The notes below the pieces were generated by a model. It was not told the DNA's origin and did no database searches. It was given only the letters and a program-made list of their open reading frames with translations. Below, piece by piece: positions 1-11,087 of a stretch of DNA of 64,000 bases (position 1 is the first letter of the stretch; each line of letters begins with the position of its first letter). This stretch comes from an uncultured bacterium (lineage in GTDB: Bacteria; Cyanobacteriota; Cyanobacteriia; Phormidesmidales; Phormidesmidaceae), in the NCBI GenBank assembly GCA_963923025.1, contig CAWUKV010000003.1, positions 8,776-72,775 on the forward strand, written 5' to 3'. The position numbers were made by a program, and so were the translations under genes.

Positions 1-491
1 GCCAGTAATCGATCCGCCACCGCCAAAATGCGCGGCGTATCTTTGGGGTTAACCTCCCACACCCACTGCTGCGGCGCAATGTAGTAAGCGATCGGCACCT
101 GCGGGAAGTGCTTGCGGACAAATCGGCCCAGAACCAAGTTTGGCTGAATGTAGTCGAGCAATATCACCAAATCGGGTGGGTTGTTTTTCAGGTGCTTTTG
201 GGCCTGTCCCTGTAACCGCAGCGCCTTAAACACAAAAGGCAAGGCTTCGACAATGCCAATAGAGCTAACGGCAACGGTGTTCCCCAGCAGCTTGATGCCA
301 GCCTCTGCCATACGCACGCCACCCATACCGCTAATTTCCAGGTTGTACCCCCGCTTCTGGGCCTGCTGCTGCAGCGCCTCGATTAGCAGTGCCCCCTGCA
401 AATCGCCGGAAACCTCGCCGGTATTGATATAAATGTGGCGCGGCTTTTGCCCTTGGGCAGCGGTCGGCACATCGGCACTCGTGGTTGTCAT
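1..491 (-). CDS. lpxB: lipid-A-disaccharide synthase LpxB, N-terminal part (3' end of the gene lies beyond the window start)
   Basis: Reverse-strand ORF with ATG at 489-491. The translation begins MTTTSADVPTAAQGQKPRHIYINTGEVSGDLQGALLIEALQQ, a glycosyltransferase motif typical of LpxB. Its position after lpxA matches the cyanobacterial omp85-lpxC-fabZ-lpxA-lpxB order. Confidence 0.7.
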   Translation of the reverse strand, partial: MTTTSADVPTAAQGQKPRHIYINTGEVSGDLQGALLIEALQQQAQKRGYNLEISGMGGVRMAEAGIKLLGNTVAVSSIGIVEALPFVFKALRLQGQAQKHLKNNPPDLVILLDYIQPNLVLGRFVRKHFPQVPIAYYIAPQQWVWEVNPKDTPRILAVADRLL

Positions 492-517
492 AGCTCGTCT
501 CAGTAGTTCACCTCACC

Positions 518-1360
518 CTAAGTGCGACCCAGCCGCCGTCCCGGAATAGACCCTCGCCGTCCTTTTTCCTGGGACGCCATCAGAAAAGAATAGAGGTGAC
601 GGACATACTCATTGTTGCCAATGGAGGCCAGCTTCTCCAGCGCTTCTTGGAAGGTGAGCCCCGAGCGGTACAGCAGCCGGAAGGCCTGCTTGAGTTCTTT
701 GTAGACGCGGCCTTCGTCCAGATCGGCAATGCCAGAGCGCTGCAGCCCCACCTGGTTGAGCCCCCGCACCCGCGAAGGGTTGCCCTCAACCATAGAGTAG
801 GGAGGCACATCGCGCTCAATACGGCTCATCCCGCCCACCATAGCGTGGCGGCCAATGTGGACAAACTGGTGAATGCCTACCAAGCCGCTAACGCGGGCGT
901 TGGATTCGATGTGAACGTGTCCTGCCAAGGCAACGGAGTTAGCAATGATGACGTTGTCTTGAATAACGCAGTTGTGCGCCAGATGCACGTAGGCCATCAG
1001 CAGGTTGCGATTGCCCAGGCGAGTAATCTCACCAAACTTGGTGGGTCGATTGATGGTCACGTATTCCCGAATAACGTTGTCGTCGCCCATGGAAACCAAG
1101 CTGACCGAGCCGTCATACTTGAGATCCTGAGGCTCTAGGCCAATGGCCGCGCCGGTAAAGATATGGTTTCTAGCCCCAATCTCGGTATGCCCTTCTAGAA
1201 CGACGTGGGCACCGATGATAGTGTCTTCACCAATGCTGACCTTTTCTCCGATAACAGCGTAAGGACCGACTTTAACGCTGGGATGCAGACTGGCGCCGGG
1301 GTGGATAACGGCGGTGGGGTGAATTAAGGTCGAAGTTGTCATGGTGTCTCCGGCAGACAT
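518..1360 (-). CDS. lpxA: acyl-ACP--UDP-N-acetylglucosamine O-acyltransferase LpxA
   Basis: 280 aa ORF with hexapeptide-repeat left-handed beta-helix motifs and a conserved LpxA C-terminal helical domain. The true start is probably the MTTSTLIHP methionine at 1342. Confidence 0.9.
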   Translation of the reverse strand: MSAGDTMTTSTLIHPTAVIHPGASLHPSVKVGPYAVIGEKVSIGEDTIIGAHVVLEGHTEIGARNHIFTGAAIGLEPQDLKYDGSVSLVSMGDDNVIREYVTINRPTKFGEITRLGNRNLLMAYVHLAHNCVIQDNVIIANSVALAGHVHIESNARVSGLVGIHQFVHIGRHAMVGGMSRIERDVPPYSMVEGNPSRVRGLNQVGLQRSGIADLDEGRVYKELKQAFRLLYRSGLTFQEALEKLASIGNNEYVRHLYSFLMASQEKGRRGSIPGRRLGRT

Positions 1361-1434
1361 AACCCTGTTGGTTTGGTCAATTTATGCGCTTCATCCAGGC
1401 ACTTAATTCAGGTATTGACCTGCGACAGTGCAGG

Positions 1435-1944
1435 CTAATCGACCACGGAAAACATCAGCACCCCTTCACAAGCCAGCTTGCCGTCGACCTCTGCCCTAGC
1501 CTGCATTTTGCCAAAGCGCTGACGCTTGATGGTCAGCAGTTCTGTGGTCATGACCAGCTGGTCGCCGGGGACCACAGGCTTGCGGAACTTGACCTTATCG
1601 ATACCCGCAAACATGCAGAGACCGCTGACGCCGGGAAGCTGGGTTAGGACAATGCCACCGACCTGTGCCATGGCCTCAACAATCAGCACACCCGGCATAA
1701 TGGGACGCCCCGGAAAGTGCCCCTGGAAGTGTGGTTCATTGAAGGTAACGTTCTTGATCCCGACAGCCTTTTCGCCAGGCACATAGTCGATGATGCGGTC
1801 TACTAGGGCGAAGGGATAACGATGGGGGAGCAGCGCCTGAATTTCTTCCAGTGTGAACGTTGTCTTGACAACCGCATCGTCGGTACTGGTGTCGGTGTTT
1901 GATTCTGGAACGGTCGTGGCGGGCGCTTGGGTAACGGTGGTCAT
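1435..1944 (-). CDS. fabZ: 3-hydroxyacyl-ACP dehydratase FabZ
   Basis: Hotdog-fold signature [14 protein letters not shown]...[16 protein letters not shown]. The 6-frame ORF extends to 2016, but the MTTVTQ methionine at 1944 gives a typical FabZ length. Confidence 0.88.
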   Translation of the reverse strand: MTTVTQAPATTVPESNTDTSTDDAVVKTTFTLEEIQALLPHRYPFALVDRIIDYVPGEKAVGIKNVTFNEPHFQGHFPGRPIMPGVLIVEAMAQVGGIVLTQLPGVSGLCMFAGIDKVKFRKPVVPGDQLVMTTELLTIKRQRFGKMQARAEVDGKLACEGVLMFSVVD

Positions 1945-2019
1945 GGCGTGGGAAAACAGCGGTGTCGAAAACCCGCTGACAGGGTAAACAGCATCATCTG
2001 GGGGCGAAGCCCTCACCCC

Positions 2020-2904
2020 CTAACGATTAGCAGCGTAAACCGCCACCAGCTTTTGGGCAAGTTCGACATGCAGTCGGTGACTCGCTTTATAAGCAAGTAC
2101 GTGCATCGTGGGGATCGTGCCCAACAGGCTCAGATCCCCAATCAGGTCAAGTAGCTTGTGGCGGGCGGGTTCATTGTCGAAGCGCAGTGGCGGGTTCACC
2201 CAGTCGTCTGCACCACAGACCAGGGCGTTGTCCAGACTGCCGCCTTTGATTAACCCCTGCGATCGCAAATACTCAATCTGGTGGGCCAAACCAAAGGTCC
2301 GGGCCGGGGCCACGCTCTCGGTGAACGGCTCGGTACTGGGGGACCAGCTGTGCCACTGGTTGCCAATCGGGGCCACCTCAAAGTCAATACCGTAGGTGAA
2401 GCGCAGGCTAGGGGACGGCATGGCGGTGACAAAGGCGTCCTTATGCTGCACAGACACGGGGACTGTCAGGAGCATCGGCTCAACTGAGACCGTGCCTAAC
2501 GCCTGGGACGGAACCGTTGTAATAGCGCGAACCCATTCCTGGGCAGATCCGTCTAGCAGCGGCACTTCAGGACCGTCGATTTCAATGCGGGCGTTGTCGA
2601 TACCCAGCCCCCACAGTGCGGCCAGCAGGTGCTCTACGGTGCGCACACTAGCGCCGTTAGCCGTTAGCTCCGTCGATAGGGTGGTCTCTCCTGCCGCGCT
2701 AACCGATGCAGGAATGCGCGGCGAGTCAGGCAAATCAGTCCGGACGAAGTAGCGGCCCTCATCAGCCTCAGCGGGCAGAATGCGCACTTGCACGGCTGCG
2801 CCGGAGTGTAGCCCAACCCCCTGACAGACCACCGGCTCAGCTAACGTCTGCTGGGACGGCACGACCTGCAATTGAGCCGTAGCGGACTGAACAACAGGCG
2901 TCAT
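2020..2904 (-). CDS. lpxC: UDP-3-O-acyl-N-acetylglucosamine deacetylase LpxC
   Basis: 294 aa protein with LpxC-like motifs ([24 protein letters not shown]). Confidence 0.9.
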   Translation of the reverse strand: MTPVVQSATAQLQVVPSQQTLAEPVVCQGVGLHSGAAVQVRILPAEADEGRYFVRTDLPDSPRIPASVSAAGETTLSTELTANGASVRTVEHLLAALWGLGIDNARIEIDGPEVPLLDGSAQEWVRAITTVPSQALGTVSVEPMLLTVPVSVQHKDAFVTAMPSPSLRFTYGIDFEVAPIGNQWHSWSPSTEPFTESVAPARTFGLAHQIEYLRSQGLIKGGSLDNALVCGADDWVNPPLRFDNEPARHKLLDLIGDLSLLGTIPTMHVLAYKASHRLHVELAQKLVAVYAANR

Positions 2905-5201
2905 TAGAAACGCTCTCCCAAACCGAAGTGAATGCGGCTTTCACCCCGATCGTTGAAGCCATAGTCCAGCCGGAGCGCCCCCAGCGGCGTATTGACCCGG
3001 ACGCCGACGCCATAGCCAAAACCGCTGCCCGGTTTGCCACGGACGCCTGCGGGGTCACCCAATACCGAACTGCCACTGCCTAGGTCCGTTGCCGCATCGA
3101 CAAACACCGTGCCCCCAAGGAAGCTGGTAAACAATGGGAAACGATATTCGGCTGTGGCCTGGACGAAGCTACGACCGCTGCCCAGATCGCCCTCTTCATA
3201 GCCGCGTACAGAGTTGGTTCCCCCCAAAGAGAACGCTTCGTAGGGCGGCAACTCACCGATGACGGTTCCGGCTTGGATGTTGAAGGCGAGGGTCTCGGGA
3301 CCCTCGCCAAAGCCGGTAAAGTCGACCGGGATGTACTGGCTGTAGCTACTGCGCAACCGATTGAAGAAAAGGTTGCCGTTGCCCAGGGGAATGGCCTGTT
3401 CAGTACCCAACCGCAGCAGACTGCCGCTAGTTGGCACAAAGGGGTCATTGCGGTAGTCCCACACCAGCCCCAGAGGCACGGTCAGGAGGTCATCGCGCCC
3501 GGTACCGCTAACGGTTAGAGGATTGCCCTGCTCGTCGGTTGTGACGATAGCGCCACCCTCCTCCCGGGTGGAGATACGCTGGTAATCCAGACCCAGCGTG
3601 GCCGATAGGTTATCGCTGAGGGGACGACCAAAGGTGACGCCACCGCCCAGTCGGTTAATGCGGGGAACATCACCATTGGCCAAGGTGACGGGGGTTTCGC
3701 CGTTGTCGAAGATCAGCGATCGCGATCGTCGATTAAACACATTGACCGTGTAGGACGTCCGGTTCGGGTCGCCCGCAATCCAAGGGTCAGTGAAGCTGAG
3801 GTCAAACAGGAAATCACGAGAGCTGAGCTGAACCTCGGCCCGCAGCTTCTGGTTATTGCCGCCAAAGTTGTCCTGCTGGTAGCTGATGCTGCCAAACACG
3901 TCACCTGTCAGGTTGAAGCCTGCCGCTGCACCAATGGAGCCAGTGCTGCGTTCAGCCACGTTGACCACGACTTTCACCTGGCGGGGGTCTTCGTCACCGG
4001 GGTCCAGGGACAGGCGAATGTCGTCAAAGATGCCCAGGCCAAACACCCGCTGTAGATCCTGCTGAATGTCGGACTGCCGGAAAACATCCCCCGGCTGCGT
4101 TTCAAACTCGCGGGTAATGATAAACGGGCGGGTGCGCCCATTGATGGGATTACCGTTTTCGTCGGTGGTATCGCCATCGGCGGTAATGTAGCGGACTTCG
4201 ATATCCTCAATCACGCCTTCTGCCACAATCAGCGTCACCACACCGTCGTCAGAAACCTGAGGAGCTGCGGTCACCTGAGCCAGCACGTAGCCGTTGTCCT
4301 GGTACCAGTTATTCAGATCCAGAATGCCGTCCTGAAAGTCTCGCAGGTTAAGGATGCTGCCGTACTGTGGGCTGAAGATATCATCGACCACTTCCTCCGG
4401 CAGCACTTGATTGTCTCGAATGTCTACACGGGTCAGCACCGGGTTGGGGTCCACCAGGAACGTCACCCGCACACCCAGGACCGTATCTTCGGGCACGGCG
4501 CGAACGTCGGAGAAAAAGCCTGTGGCAAAGACGCTGTTGATGTCAGCCTGGAGCTGCGATCTCGTCGTGGTGCGACCGGGCTGCAGATCGATGGCATCGT
4601 AAACAATATCCACCAGGTCCGGCGTTAGCAATGCGCCGCCCTCACCCGCGACGGCCACCTCTGCCACCTGCACCTGCACTTCTTCTTGCGGTTCAGCGGC
4701 TTCCGGCGGCGACTCAGCCGGTGGCTCAGCTGGCGACTCAGCCGGAGGTGCGACAGGGTCGTTTACAGGCTCTGGCGGTGCGGATGCTGGAGGATTGCCA
4801 ATGCCGTCGCGAAGACGCTCTAGACGCTCAGCTGGGGTTTCTGAAGCGCTATCTTCGGTTTGCGCCAACAGCGAGGGGGCGCTAGGGGTAGGTCTTTGAG
4901 TCGCTTCGTCTACCGTCGCTTCCGTCCTGTCGGTCTCAACAGTCGGCTCAACGCTGGCGGACGTTTCGCGGGCTGGCTCAGTCGCTGTCTGCTGCGCCGT
5001 TTCAATGCTTGCCTCGCTAGCGGTAAACACCGGGGTCGGTCCAGCGCCAGCAGGGGGAACTGCATCCGGTTCAGCCAGCAAAGCTGCTGGGCTATCTAAC
5101 CCGTCTGGGGCAGCTGGATTGGCCTGGGCAGGTAACGCCACCAGCGCTGAAATTGTGCAGCAAGCCAACAGAGCTGGCGAAAAGCGCATACTCATTTCCA
5201 T
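2904..5201 (-). CDS. bamA: outer membrane protein assembly factor, Omp85/BamA family (cyanobacterial Omp85 with proline-rich N-terminal region)
   Basis: 765 aa ORF with a signal peptide, a Pro/Ala-rich linker, POTRA-like repeats and a C-terminal beta-barrel ending in GLGERF. It abuts lpxC as in cyanobacterial genomes. Confidence 0.85.
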   Translation of the reverse strand: MEMSMRFSPALLACCTISALVALPAQANPAAPDGLDSPAALLAEPDAVPPAGAGPTPVFTASEASIETAQQTATEPARETSASVEPTVETDRTEATVDEATQRPTPSAPSLLAQTEDSASETPAERLERLRDGIGNPPASAPPEPVNDPVAPPAESPAEPPAESPPEAAEPQEEVQVQVAEVAVAGEGGALLTPDLVDIVYDAIDLQPGRTTTRSQLQADINSVFATGFFSDVRAVPEDTVLGVRVTFLVDPNPVLTRVDIRDNQVLPEEVVDDIFSPQYGSILNLRDFQDGILDLNNWYQDNGYVLAQVTAAPQVSDDGVVTLIVAEGVIEDIEVRYITADGDTTDENGNPINGRTRPFIITREFETQPGDVFRQSDIQQDLQRVFGLGIFDDIRLSLDPGDEDPRQVKVVVNVAERSTGSIGAAAGFNLTGDVFGSISYQQDNFGGNNQKLRAEVQLSSRDFLFDLSFTDPWIAGDPNRTSYTVNVFNRRSRSLIFDNGETPVTLANGDVPRINRLGGGVTFGRPLSDNLSATLGLDYQRISTREEGGAIVTTDEQGNPLTVSGTGRDDLLTVPLGLVWDYRNDPFVPTSGSLLRLGTEQAIPLGNGNLFFNRLRSSYSQYIPVDFTGFGEGPETLAFNIQAGTVIGELPPYEAFSLGGTNSVRGYEEGDLGSGRSFVQATAEYRFPLFTSFLGGTVFVDAATDLGSGSSVLGDPAGVRGKPGSGFGYGVGVRVNTPLGALRLDYGFNDRGESRIHFGLGERF

Positions 5202-5433
5202 GTATTAAGGGACTCCTCACACCGCTTCCAGCCGGGCTGGGCGGATCGATTAAGGCCGGAAACCCCGTTGACTGGCCCTTTGCGACACCTGCTAAGTCAG
5301 GCCGAACCGTGCTTCGCTGTGCGCCAAAACGCCGTCAACGGCTTAACCCGCCGTTCAACTGCTATGGTTACCAATTTTGATTGCTAAAAATTAACAATCG
5401 CAACAGATTCTACCGCACCGCTCTGCCAGACAC

Positions 5434-6177
5434 CTAGACAGAATGTGCCAAAATTCGATCTAGCACCTGCTGATAGGCGGCTTCGACGTTCCCCAGGTCT
5501 TGGCGGAAGCGATCTTTGTCCATGACGCGCTTGTTCGGATCCGTTTCGGCCTGATTCCATAGACGGCAGGTATCTGGACTAATTTCATCAGCCAGCAGCA
5601 GCGTGCCGCTGGCGTCGGTGCCAAACTCTAGTTTGAAGTCCACCAGAGAGATGCCGCAGTCGTTGAAAAACTGGATCATGATCTGGTTAATTTGGCTGGC
5701 CATCTGCTGCAGTTGGGACACGGTCTCCGGGCTCGCCAGGCCCATAGCCTGAATGCGATCTAGCGTCAGTAGCGGATCACCCAGATCATCATTTTTGTAA
5801 TAGAACTCCACCAGGGGCGGGCTGAGCTCGGTCCCCAAGGCCATCCCAGTTTGGCGGCAAAGGCTACCTGCCGCCAGGTTTCGCACCACCACCTCCAGCG
5901 GCACAATGGTGACGGTCTTAACCCGCATTTCGCGCTCAGTGGGCGTATCAATCCAGTGGGTCGGTATTCCCTGTGCGTTCATCAGCTTGAACAGGTGGGT
6001 CGAAAATGCACAGTTAATCTGGCCCTTTTTAGCAATTGTCCCCCTCTTCTGGGCATTGAACGCGGTGGCATCATCCTTGAAATAGGTCAGCAGCACCTGC
6101 GGATCGTCGGTCGCGTAGAGAATCTTGGCCTTGCCTTCGTAAAGCTGATCGCCGTGGGGGGTTTTGGGGAATTGAGT
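5434..6177 (-). CDS. purC: phosphoribosylaminoimidazole-succinocarboxamide synthase (SAICAR synthetase) PurC
   Basis: LYEGKAKILY N-terminal motif and a PurC-like fold. The ORF extends to 6252, but MTQFPK at 6177 is the likely start. Confidence 0.88.
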   Translation of the reverse strand, partial: TQFPKTPHGDQLYEGKAKILYATDDPQVLLTYFKDDATAFNAQKRGTIAKKGQINCAFSTHLFKLMNAQGIPTHWIDTPTEREMRVKTVTIVPLEVVVRNLAAGSLCRQTGMALGTELSPPLVEFYYKNDDLGDPLLTLDRIQAMGLASPETVSQLQQMASQINQIMIQFFNDCGISLVDFKLEFGTDASGTLLLADEISPDTCRLWNQAETDPNKRVMDKDRFRQDLGNVEAAYQQVLDRILAHSV

Positions 6178-6568
6178 CATGGTTCGTGGGTTGGGTTCGT
6201 CCATTCGTTGACGACCCATCCAATATCTCCCATTCACGAACCCAACACCCACAAATTTAAGGGGCTGTAATCACTCTAGTGTTCTGTTTCCCACGCTGGA
6301 AATTGCTTATCCAGCAATTGTGCTGTGGTGAACGGACAATCAGCAGGACACGGTTCTTCTGATAAACCTATCTCTGCCGTCGCCCGTTCTACAGCATCAG
6401 TATGTGTTGGTGATCCATGCGTAGGTAGCCTGTCCCCTAGAGCGTCGTCGAAGAACTCGTTGAGGGCTGTAGAGCGGTCATCAAGCCAAGTATCAGAGAA
6501 GAACCAAATCGCAGAGTGGAGAAACGGCTACCTGATCCTAGCCAATGTACTGGGAGAGGGGCTGCCTG

Positions 6569-9172
6569 CTACTTTGTGGTCATTGTATGCACCCCATCCC
6601 AATCACTGGGTGGCGGGGCTTGCAGATAGGCCCGTGCCCGCTCTAGGTGAATCTGAACGGCTTTGTCGAAGGGGCGAGCCTGCTCAGCCTGTTCGAACAG
6701 TTGAATCGCCTGCTGAAAGTTAGCTGACGTGTAGGCTTGGCGGCCAGTTTGGTACAGATCGAGAAAAGAGAGAACGCCGTCATCCAAAGATTTATCGCGG
6801 CTGTCGATCAGCTCATAGATTTTGACCGGCTTTCGTTTGCCTTTAACGCGGGTGAGATCGAGCTCTCTGACCCAAATATTCTCTTTGCACAGCTCGTAGG
6901 TATGCTCACTCAACACAATGTCGCAGCCGTACTGCTTGGTGATGCCCTCTAGTCGGGAGCTAAGATTGACGCCATCGCCGATGACCGTATACTCCATCTT
7001 GCGCTGGGAGCCAATGTTGCCGGAAACCACCTCACCGGAGCTGATGCCGATACCAATGCGGATTTCGGGTTGGTCTTTAGCATTGCGATCGCGATTGAAC
7101 GCCACCAGCCGATACCGCATATCCAGCGCCGCCTGCACCGACGCCCAGGCATGATTTTGCAGCGGCAGCGGTGCACCAAATACCGCCATCAGCGCATCGC
7201 CAATAAACTTATCCAGCGTGCCCTCATGGTTGAACACCGCCTCCACCATCGTCTCGAAATACTCGTTCAGCATTGAGACCACGTCCGCCGCTTCTAAGTT
7301 CTCTGTCAGGGTGGTGTAGCCGCGAATATCAGAAAAGAGAACGGTGACATCTTTACGCTCACCCACCATCAGCGCATCGTCGCCCAGGGCCATCACTCGT
7401 TCCGCCACTCCCGGCGTCATGTAGCGATACAGCGTGGTCTTCATCCGCTTTTCCTGGCTGATGTCTTCCAGCACCACCAGGCCACCACGCACGCCACCTT
7501 CCGGGTTAGTTAGCGGGTTTACCGTCAGGTTGAGGCTACGCTCTAGCAACTGTATTCGCTTAGAGTCGCTAATCTCAGGCGACTGGGTATCGCCCCACAG
7601 CCGGTAGTGGCCGTCCCCGTCAGGAATCGCCAGCACATGGGATTCATTCTCAAGCTGGTAGGCGACCCCCAGCGTCAGCGCCTGCTCTGGAACGTAGTGT
7701 TTTGCGCCATACTGTAGGCTGTCTTCCAGGCGAAACTGTAGCCGCTCCACTGGAATCACCTCCCAGATCGGGCGATTCACCAAATGGCTTTCCCAAATCT
7801 GAGCGATCTGTTTGCCCTCATCGCCATCCAGCGGGCAACCCAACAGCGCCAGCGCTGCCTCATTGATGGTGACAATGCGTCCGGCCAGGTCGGTGGAGAT
7901 TACAGCATCCGACAAACTTTGCAAAATGTCTTTTTGGTACTGCTTTTCGAGCAGTACCGCCTCAAACAGTTTGGCATTCTCTAGGGCTACCCCTGCCTGA
8001 ATATTAAATGCCCGCATGAAGGACTCATCAGAGCTAGTAAAGGCCCCTTGTGCCTTGTTAATCAGCTGGGTTACGCCAATCAGCTGGCTGTTTGAGTCAA
8101 AGACGGGCATGCAAAGAATATTGCGAGTGTGGTACCCGGTCTTTTGGTCTGCCGTAGGGTCAAAGCGATCGTCTTCGTAAGCCTTGGGGATGTTCAGAGT
8201 CTCTCCCGTGGAGGCAACATGGCCAACAATCCCCTTATCAGCAGGCTGTCGCAGGTCTAACAGCTGTTGACCATCGGCACTTTTGACCTTAGACCATAGC
8301 TCTTGTTGCCCCTCGTCCAGTAGCCATAGCGTACTGCGGTCCGCCTGCATGAGATCTCGCGCCTCAGCCATAACAGACTGTAGCGTCACCTCAAGGTCGA
8401 GGCTTTGATCGAGAGATGAGATGGCCTTAAGCAGTGCCCCCACTCCCTTTTGATTGCGAGCAGCAATATAAAAAGAGTTACAGCTCTCCAGTAAAATGCC
8501 GATGGAGCTGGCAAATTCTTCAAACGTTCTCTCATCGTCAGAAGAGAATGGCTCAACACCATGCTTGTTCAATAGCTGCACCACAGCCACCACCGTTCGC
8601 CCAGTGCTGTAGATGGGCATACACAAAATGTTGCGAGTGCGGTAGCCCGTCTTCTTATCGGTTGAGGCATCAAACCGAGGGTCGGCGTAGGCATCGGGAA
8701 TATTGAGTCGCTGTGCTGTCGAAGCGACATACCCCGCGATGCCTGCTAGCATCGGCACTCTAATTTCTAACGCGTCTTCGCCATCCCCCTGGGCAATCTT
8801 TGACCACAGTTCCTGCTTCTCTTCGTCCACCATAAAAATAGTGGTTCGCTCGGCCTGTAAAATCTCTCCAATCTTGAGGGTAAAGGCTGCCAGCAATTCT
8901 TCCAGCAGCGTTTCTAATGCCTGGTTATTGATTAGATCAATGGCTTTGAGAAAATGTCCGAACTCGTTCGTTATGCGGTCGAGCAGTTGTACAAAATCTG
9001 CGGTGGGTAGACCTCTGACCCGCTCCATCAGCCGCCCTGCCTGGTTAGACCGGGACAGAGTCGCCAAAACGCTCGTGGAACTCCCTGAAGATCGCTGCTT
9101 CAATACCCCGCTATCAGATGCTCCACTGTTAGATAATTGCCCCATAGCCTCTATGACTGGTGTGATGCCCAT
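6569..9172 (-). CDS. cyaB: multidomain class III adenylate cyclase (GAF-GAF-PAS-cyclase-TPR, CyaB1-like)
   Basis: 867 aa protein with two GAF domains (NKAQGAFTSSDE and NKHGVEPFSSDDE motifs), a PAS-like segment and a class III cyclase core (VTVLFSDIRGYT, FIGDALMAVFGAP, GDGVNLSSRLE). The C-terminal helical TPR-like tail resembles Anabaena CyaB1/CyaB2 architecture. Confidence 0.8.
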   Translation of the reverse strand: MGITPVIEAMGQLSNSGASDSGVLKQRSSGSSTSVLATLSRSNQAGRLMERVRGLPTADFVQLLDRITNEFGHFLKAIDLINNQALETLLEELLAAFTLKIGEILQAERTTIFMVDEEKQELWSKIAQGDGEDALEIRVPMLAGIAGYVASTAQRLNIPDAYADPRFDASTDKKTGYRTRNILCMPIYSTGRTVVAVVQLLNKHGVEPFSSDDERTFEEFASSIGILLESCNSFYIAARNQKGVGALLKAISSLDQSLDLEVTLQSVMAEARDLMQADRSTLWLLDEGQQELWSKVKSADGQQLLDLRQPADKGIVGHVASTGETLNIPKAYEDDRFDPTADQKTGYHTRNILCMPVFDSNSQLIGVTQLINKAQGAFTSSDESFMRAFNIQAGVALENAKLFEAVLLEKQYQKDILQSLSDAVISTDLAGRIVTINEAALALLGCPLDGDEGKQIAQIWESHLVNRPIWEVIPVERLQFRLEDSLQYGAKHYVPEQALTLGVAYQLENESHVLAIPDGDGHYRLWGDTQSPEISDSKRIQLLERSLNLTVNPLTNPEGGVRGGLVVLEDISQEKRMKTTLYRYMTPGVAERVMALGDDALMVGERKDVTVLFSDIRGYTTLTENLEAADVVSMLNEYFETMVEAVFNHEGTLDKFIGDALMAVFGAPLPLQNHAWASVQAALDMRYRLVAFNRDRNAKDQPEIRIGIGISSGEVVSGNIGSQRKMEYTVIGDGVNLSSRLEGITKQYGCDIVLSEHTYELCKENIWVRELDLTRVKGKRKPVKIYELIDSRDKSLDDGVLSFLDLYQTGRQAYTSANFQQAIQLFEQAEQARPFDKAVQIHLERARAYLQAPPPSDWDGVHTMTTK

Positions 9173-9309
9173 TGCACTGGAAGATGCCTACAGAACCATA
9201 GTTCCCAAGGCAGCGCAGCAGCGATAATGCCACTGTTATACCGTGATTTGGGTGAGGTGTGAGGCGTTAGTCTATTGCGCTAGTTAGGTCGGTCAGAAGA
9301 TTGCCCCCA

Positions 9310-10857
9310 TTACTGCTCCTTCTTCAACAGCGGGAAAGCAATCACATCGCGGATGCTGGCGCTGTCGGTCAGCAGCATAACCAGTCGGTCGATGCCCATG
9401 CCCATGCCTGCTGCGGGGGGCATGCCGTACTCTAGCGCAGTCAAAAAGTCTTCATCAACGCCCTGGGCTTCGAGGTCGCCTGCCGCCTTTTTCTCGGCTT
9501 GGGCCTCCAGGCGCTGGCGCTGATCTAAGGGATCAGTCAGCTCCGAAAAGCCGTTAGCGGTTTCGCGTCCGACAATAAACAGCTCAAACCGTTCAACCAA
9601 GCCCGGCTTACTGCGGTGGGGCTTAGCCAGGGGCGAGATTTCGACCGGATAGTCGGTAATAAAGGTGGGCTGAATCAGCGTTTCTTCGACTTTCTGCTCA
9701 AAAGCTTCGTTAAGTAGGTTGCCCAGGCTGGGGCAATCGTCAATGTTGGTGATACCGGCCTGTTTGGCAGCGGTTTTGCCCTCGTCCAAATTGGCAAACT
9801 GGGTAAAGTCTAACCCCGTTTTATCTTTCACCGCGTCGTGCATGGTCGTGCGCTGCCAAGGGCGAGTCAGGTCGATCTTCTCACCCTGGTAGGTGATATC
9901 GGTGGTCCCTAACGCGTCCTTTGCAGCCGTGACAATTAGGGCCTCGGTAATGTCCATCATCTGGTCGTAGTCGATGTAGGTCTGGTAGATCTCAATCGAC
10001 GTGAATTCGGGATTATGACGGGTGGAGACACCCTCATTGCGAAAGATACGCCCCATTTCAAACACCTTCTCGAAGCCACCCACCAGCAGCCGCTTTAGGT
10101 GCAGCTCTGTGGCAATACGCAGGTACAGCTCCATATCCAGCGTATTGTGATAAGTGATGAAGGGTCTTGCCTCTGCCCCACCAGCCTCCGGCTGTAGCAC
10201 AGGGGTTTCAATTTCAATAAATCCCTGCTGGTCTAGCTGACGGCGGATAGAGGCGGTAATCAGTGCACGCTTGCGGAAGGTGTCGCGCACTTCGGGATTG
10301 ACGATCAGGTCCACGTAGCGCTGGCGGTAGCGCTTGGCTACATCAGTCAATCCGTGCCACTTGTCAGGCAGGGGCAGCAGCGACTTGGTGAGAATGGCAT
10401 ATTCCGAGACTTTGACCGACAGTTCACCTTTGTCCGTCCGCTTAAGCGTGCCCTTAACGCCCATAATGTCGCCTGCGTCGGTGAGCTGCTTCAGGTGGGC
10501 GAAGGCCTGCTCGTCCGTATCGGCCATGGCGGCCTGGATGGTTTTCTTATCCAAGTACAGCTGAATGGTGCCGGTTTCGTCTTGCAGGGTAAAGAAGGCC
10601 AGCTTGCCAAAGACTCGGCGGGTCAGGATGCGGCCCGCGATCGCAACGGCGTCTTCGATTTCTTCGCCAGCGGGCAGATCGGCATACTCGCTTTGCAGAT
10701 CGGCAGTGTGGTGCGTAATAGGCCAGTCGTAGGCGTAAGGGTTCAGGCCCAGCCGCTTAAGGTCATCCACCTTCTGTACGCGGGCGGCGCGAAGGTCGCG
10801 GTCGTCGTTAGGTTGGGAGCCAGCGTTTGAGGCGTTGGGTGTCGAGTCAGCAGCCAT
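9310..10857 (-). CDS. lysS: lysine--tRNA ligase (class II)
   Basis: 515 aa protein with an OB-fold anticodon-binding domain and class II motifs ([24 protein letters not shown]). Confidence 0.9.
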   Translation of the reverse strand: MAADSTPNASNAGSQPNDDRDLRAARVQKVDDLKRLGLNPYAYDWPITHHTADLQSEYADLPAGEEIEDAVAIAGRILTRRVFGKLAFFTLQDETGTIQLYLDKKTIQAAMADTDEQAFAHLKQLTDAGDIMGVKGTLKRTDKGELSVKVSEYAILTKSLLPLPDKWHGLTDVAKRYRQRYVDLIVNPEVRDTFRKRALITASIRRQLDQQGFIEIETPVLQPEAGGAEARPFITYHNTLDMELYLRIATELHLKRLLVGGFEKVFEMGRIFRNEGVSTRHNPEFTSIEIYQTYIDYDQMMDITEALIVTAAKDALGTTDITYQGEKIDLTRPWQRTTMHDAVKDKTGLDFTQFANLDEGKTAAKQAGITNIDDCPSLGNLLNEAFEQKVEETLIQPTFITDYPVEISPLAKPHRSKPGLVERFELFIVGRETANGFSELTDPLDQRQRLEAQAEKKAAGDLEAQGVDEDFLTALEYGMPPAAGMGMGIDRLVMLLTDSASIRDVIAFPLLKKEQ

Positions 10858-11087
10858 TAGATAGGATTGGGTCTGAAATTGCCAGCCCCTATCTTATCGG
10901 TCTACCGGGTAAAAGTTCCATTGACGAAGAGGCGTTCTGGCCTGAGACTCTGCAAGTGGCTGTCGTCAACTTCCCACAGCGCATTTGGGTCGGAGATCCA
11001 GATGGCACAAAGTACGGGGCCACCGTAAGTACGGAGCTACAGGGCTTACCATCACGCCGCTCAAACAGGTTTTGCTCATCACGTGGC

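Noticed and set aside
596-1138. Long antisense or out-of-frame ORFs (for example 596-1138, 8703-9227, 10354-10830, 16165-16650, 22624-23304, 36531-36998, 47162-47596, 49903-50352, 52941-53465, 54615-55040) overlapping well-supported genes
   Set aside because: They are typical high-GC artifacts. They have no RBS and low-complexity Arg/Pro/Ala-rich translations, and they sit entirely inside strongly supported genes on the other strand.
6325-6723. 132 aa plus-strand ORF between purC and the adenylate cyclase gene
   Set aside because: It overlaps the 3' end of the adenylate cyclase gene. It has no RBS and a low-complexity translation, and is likely spurious.
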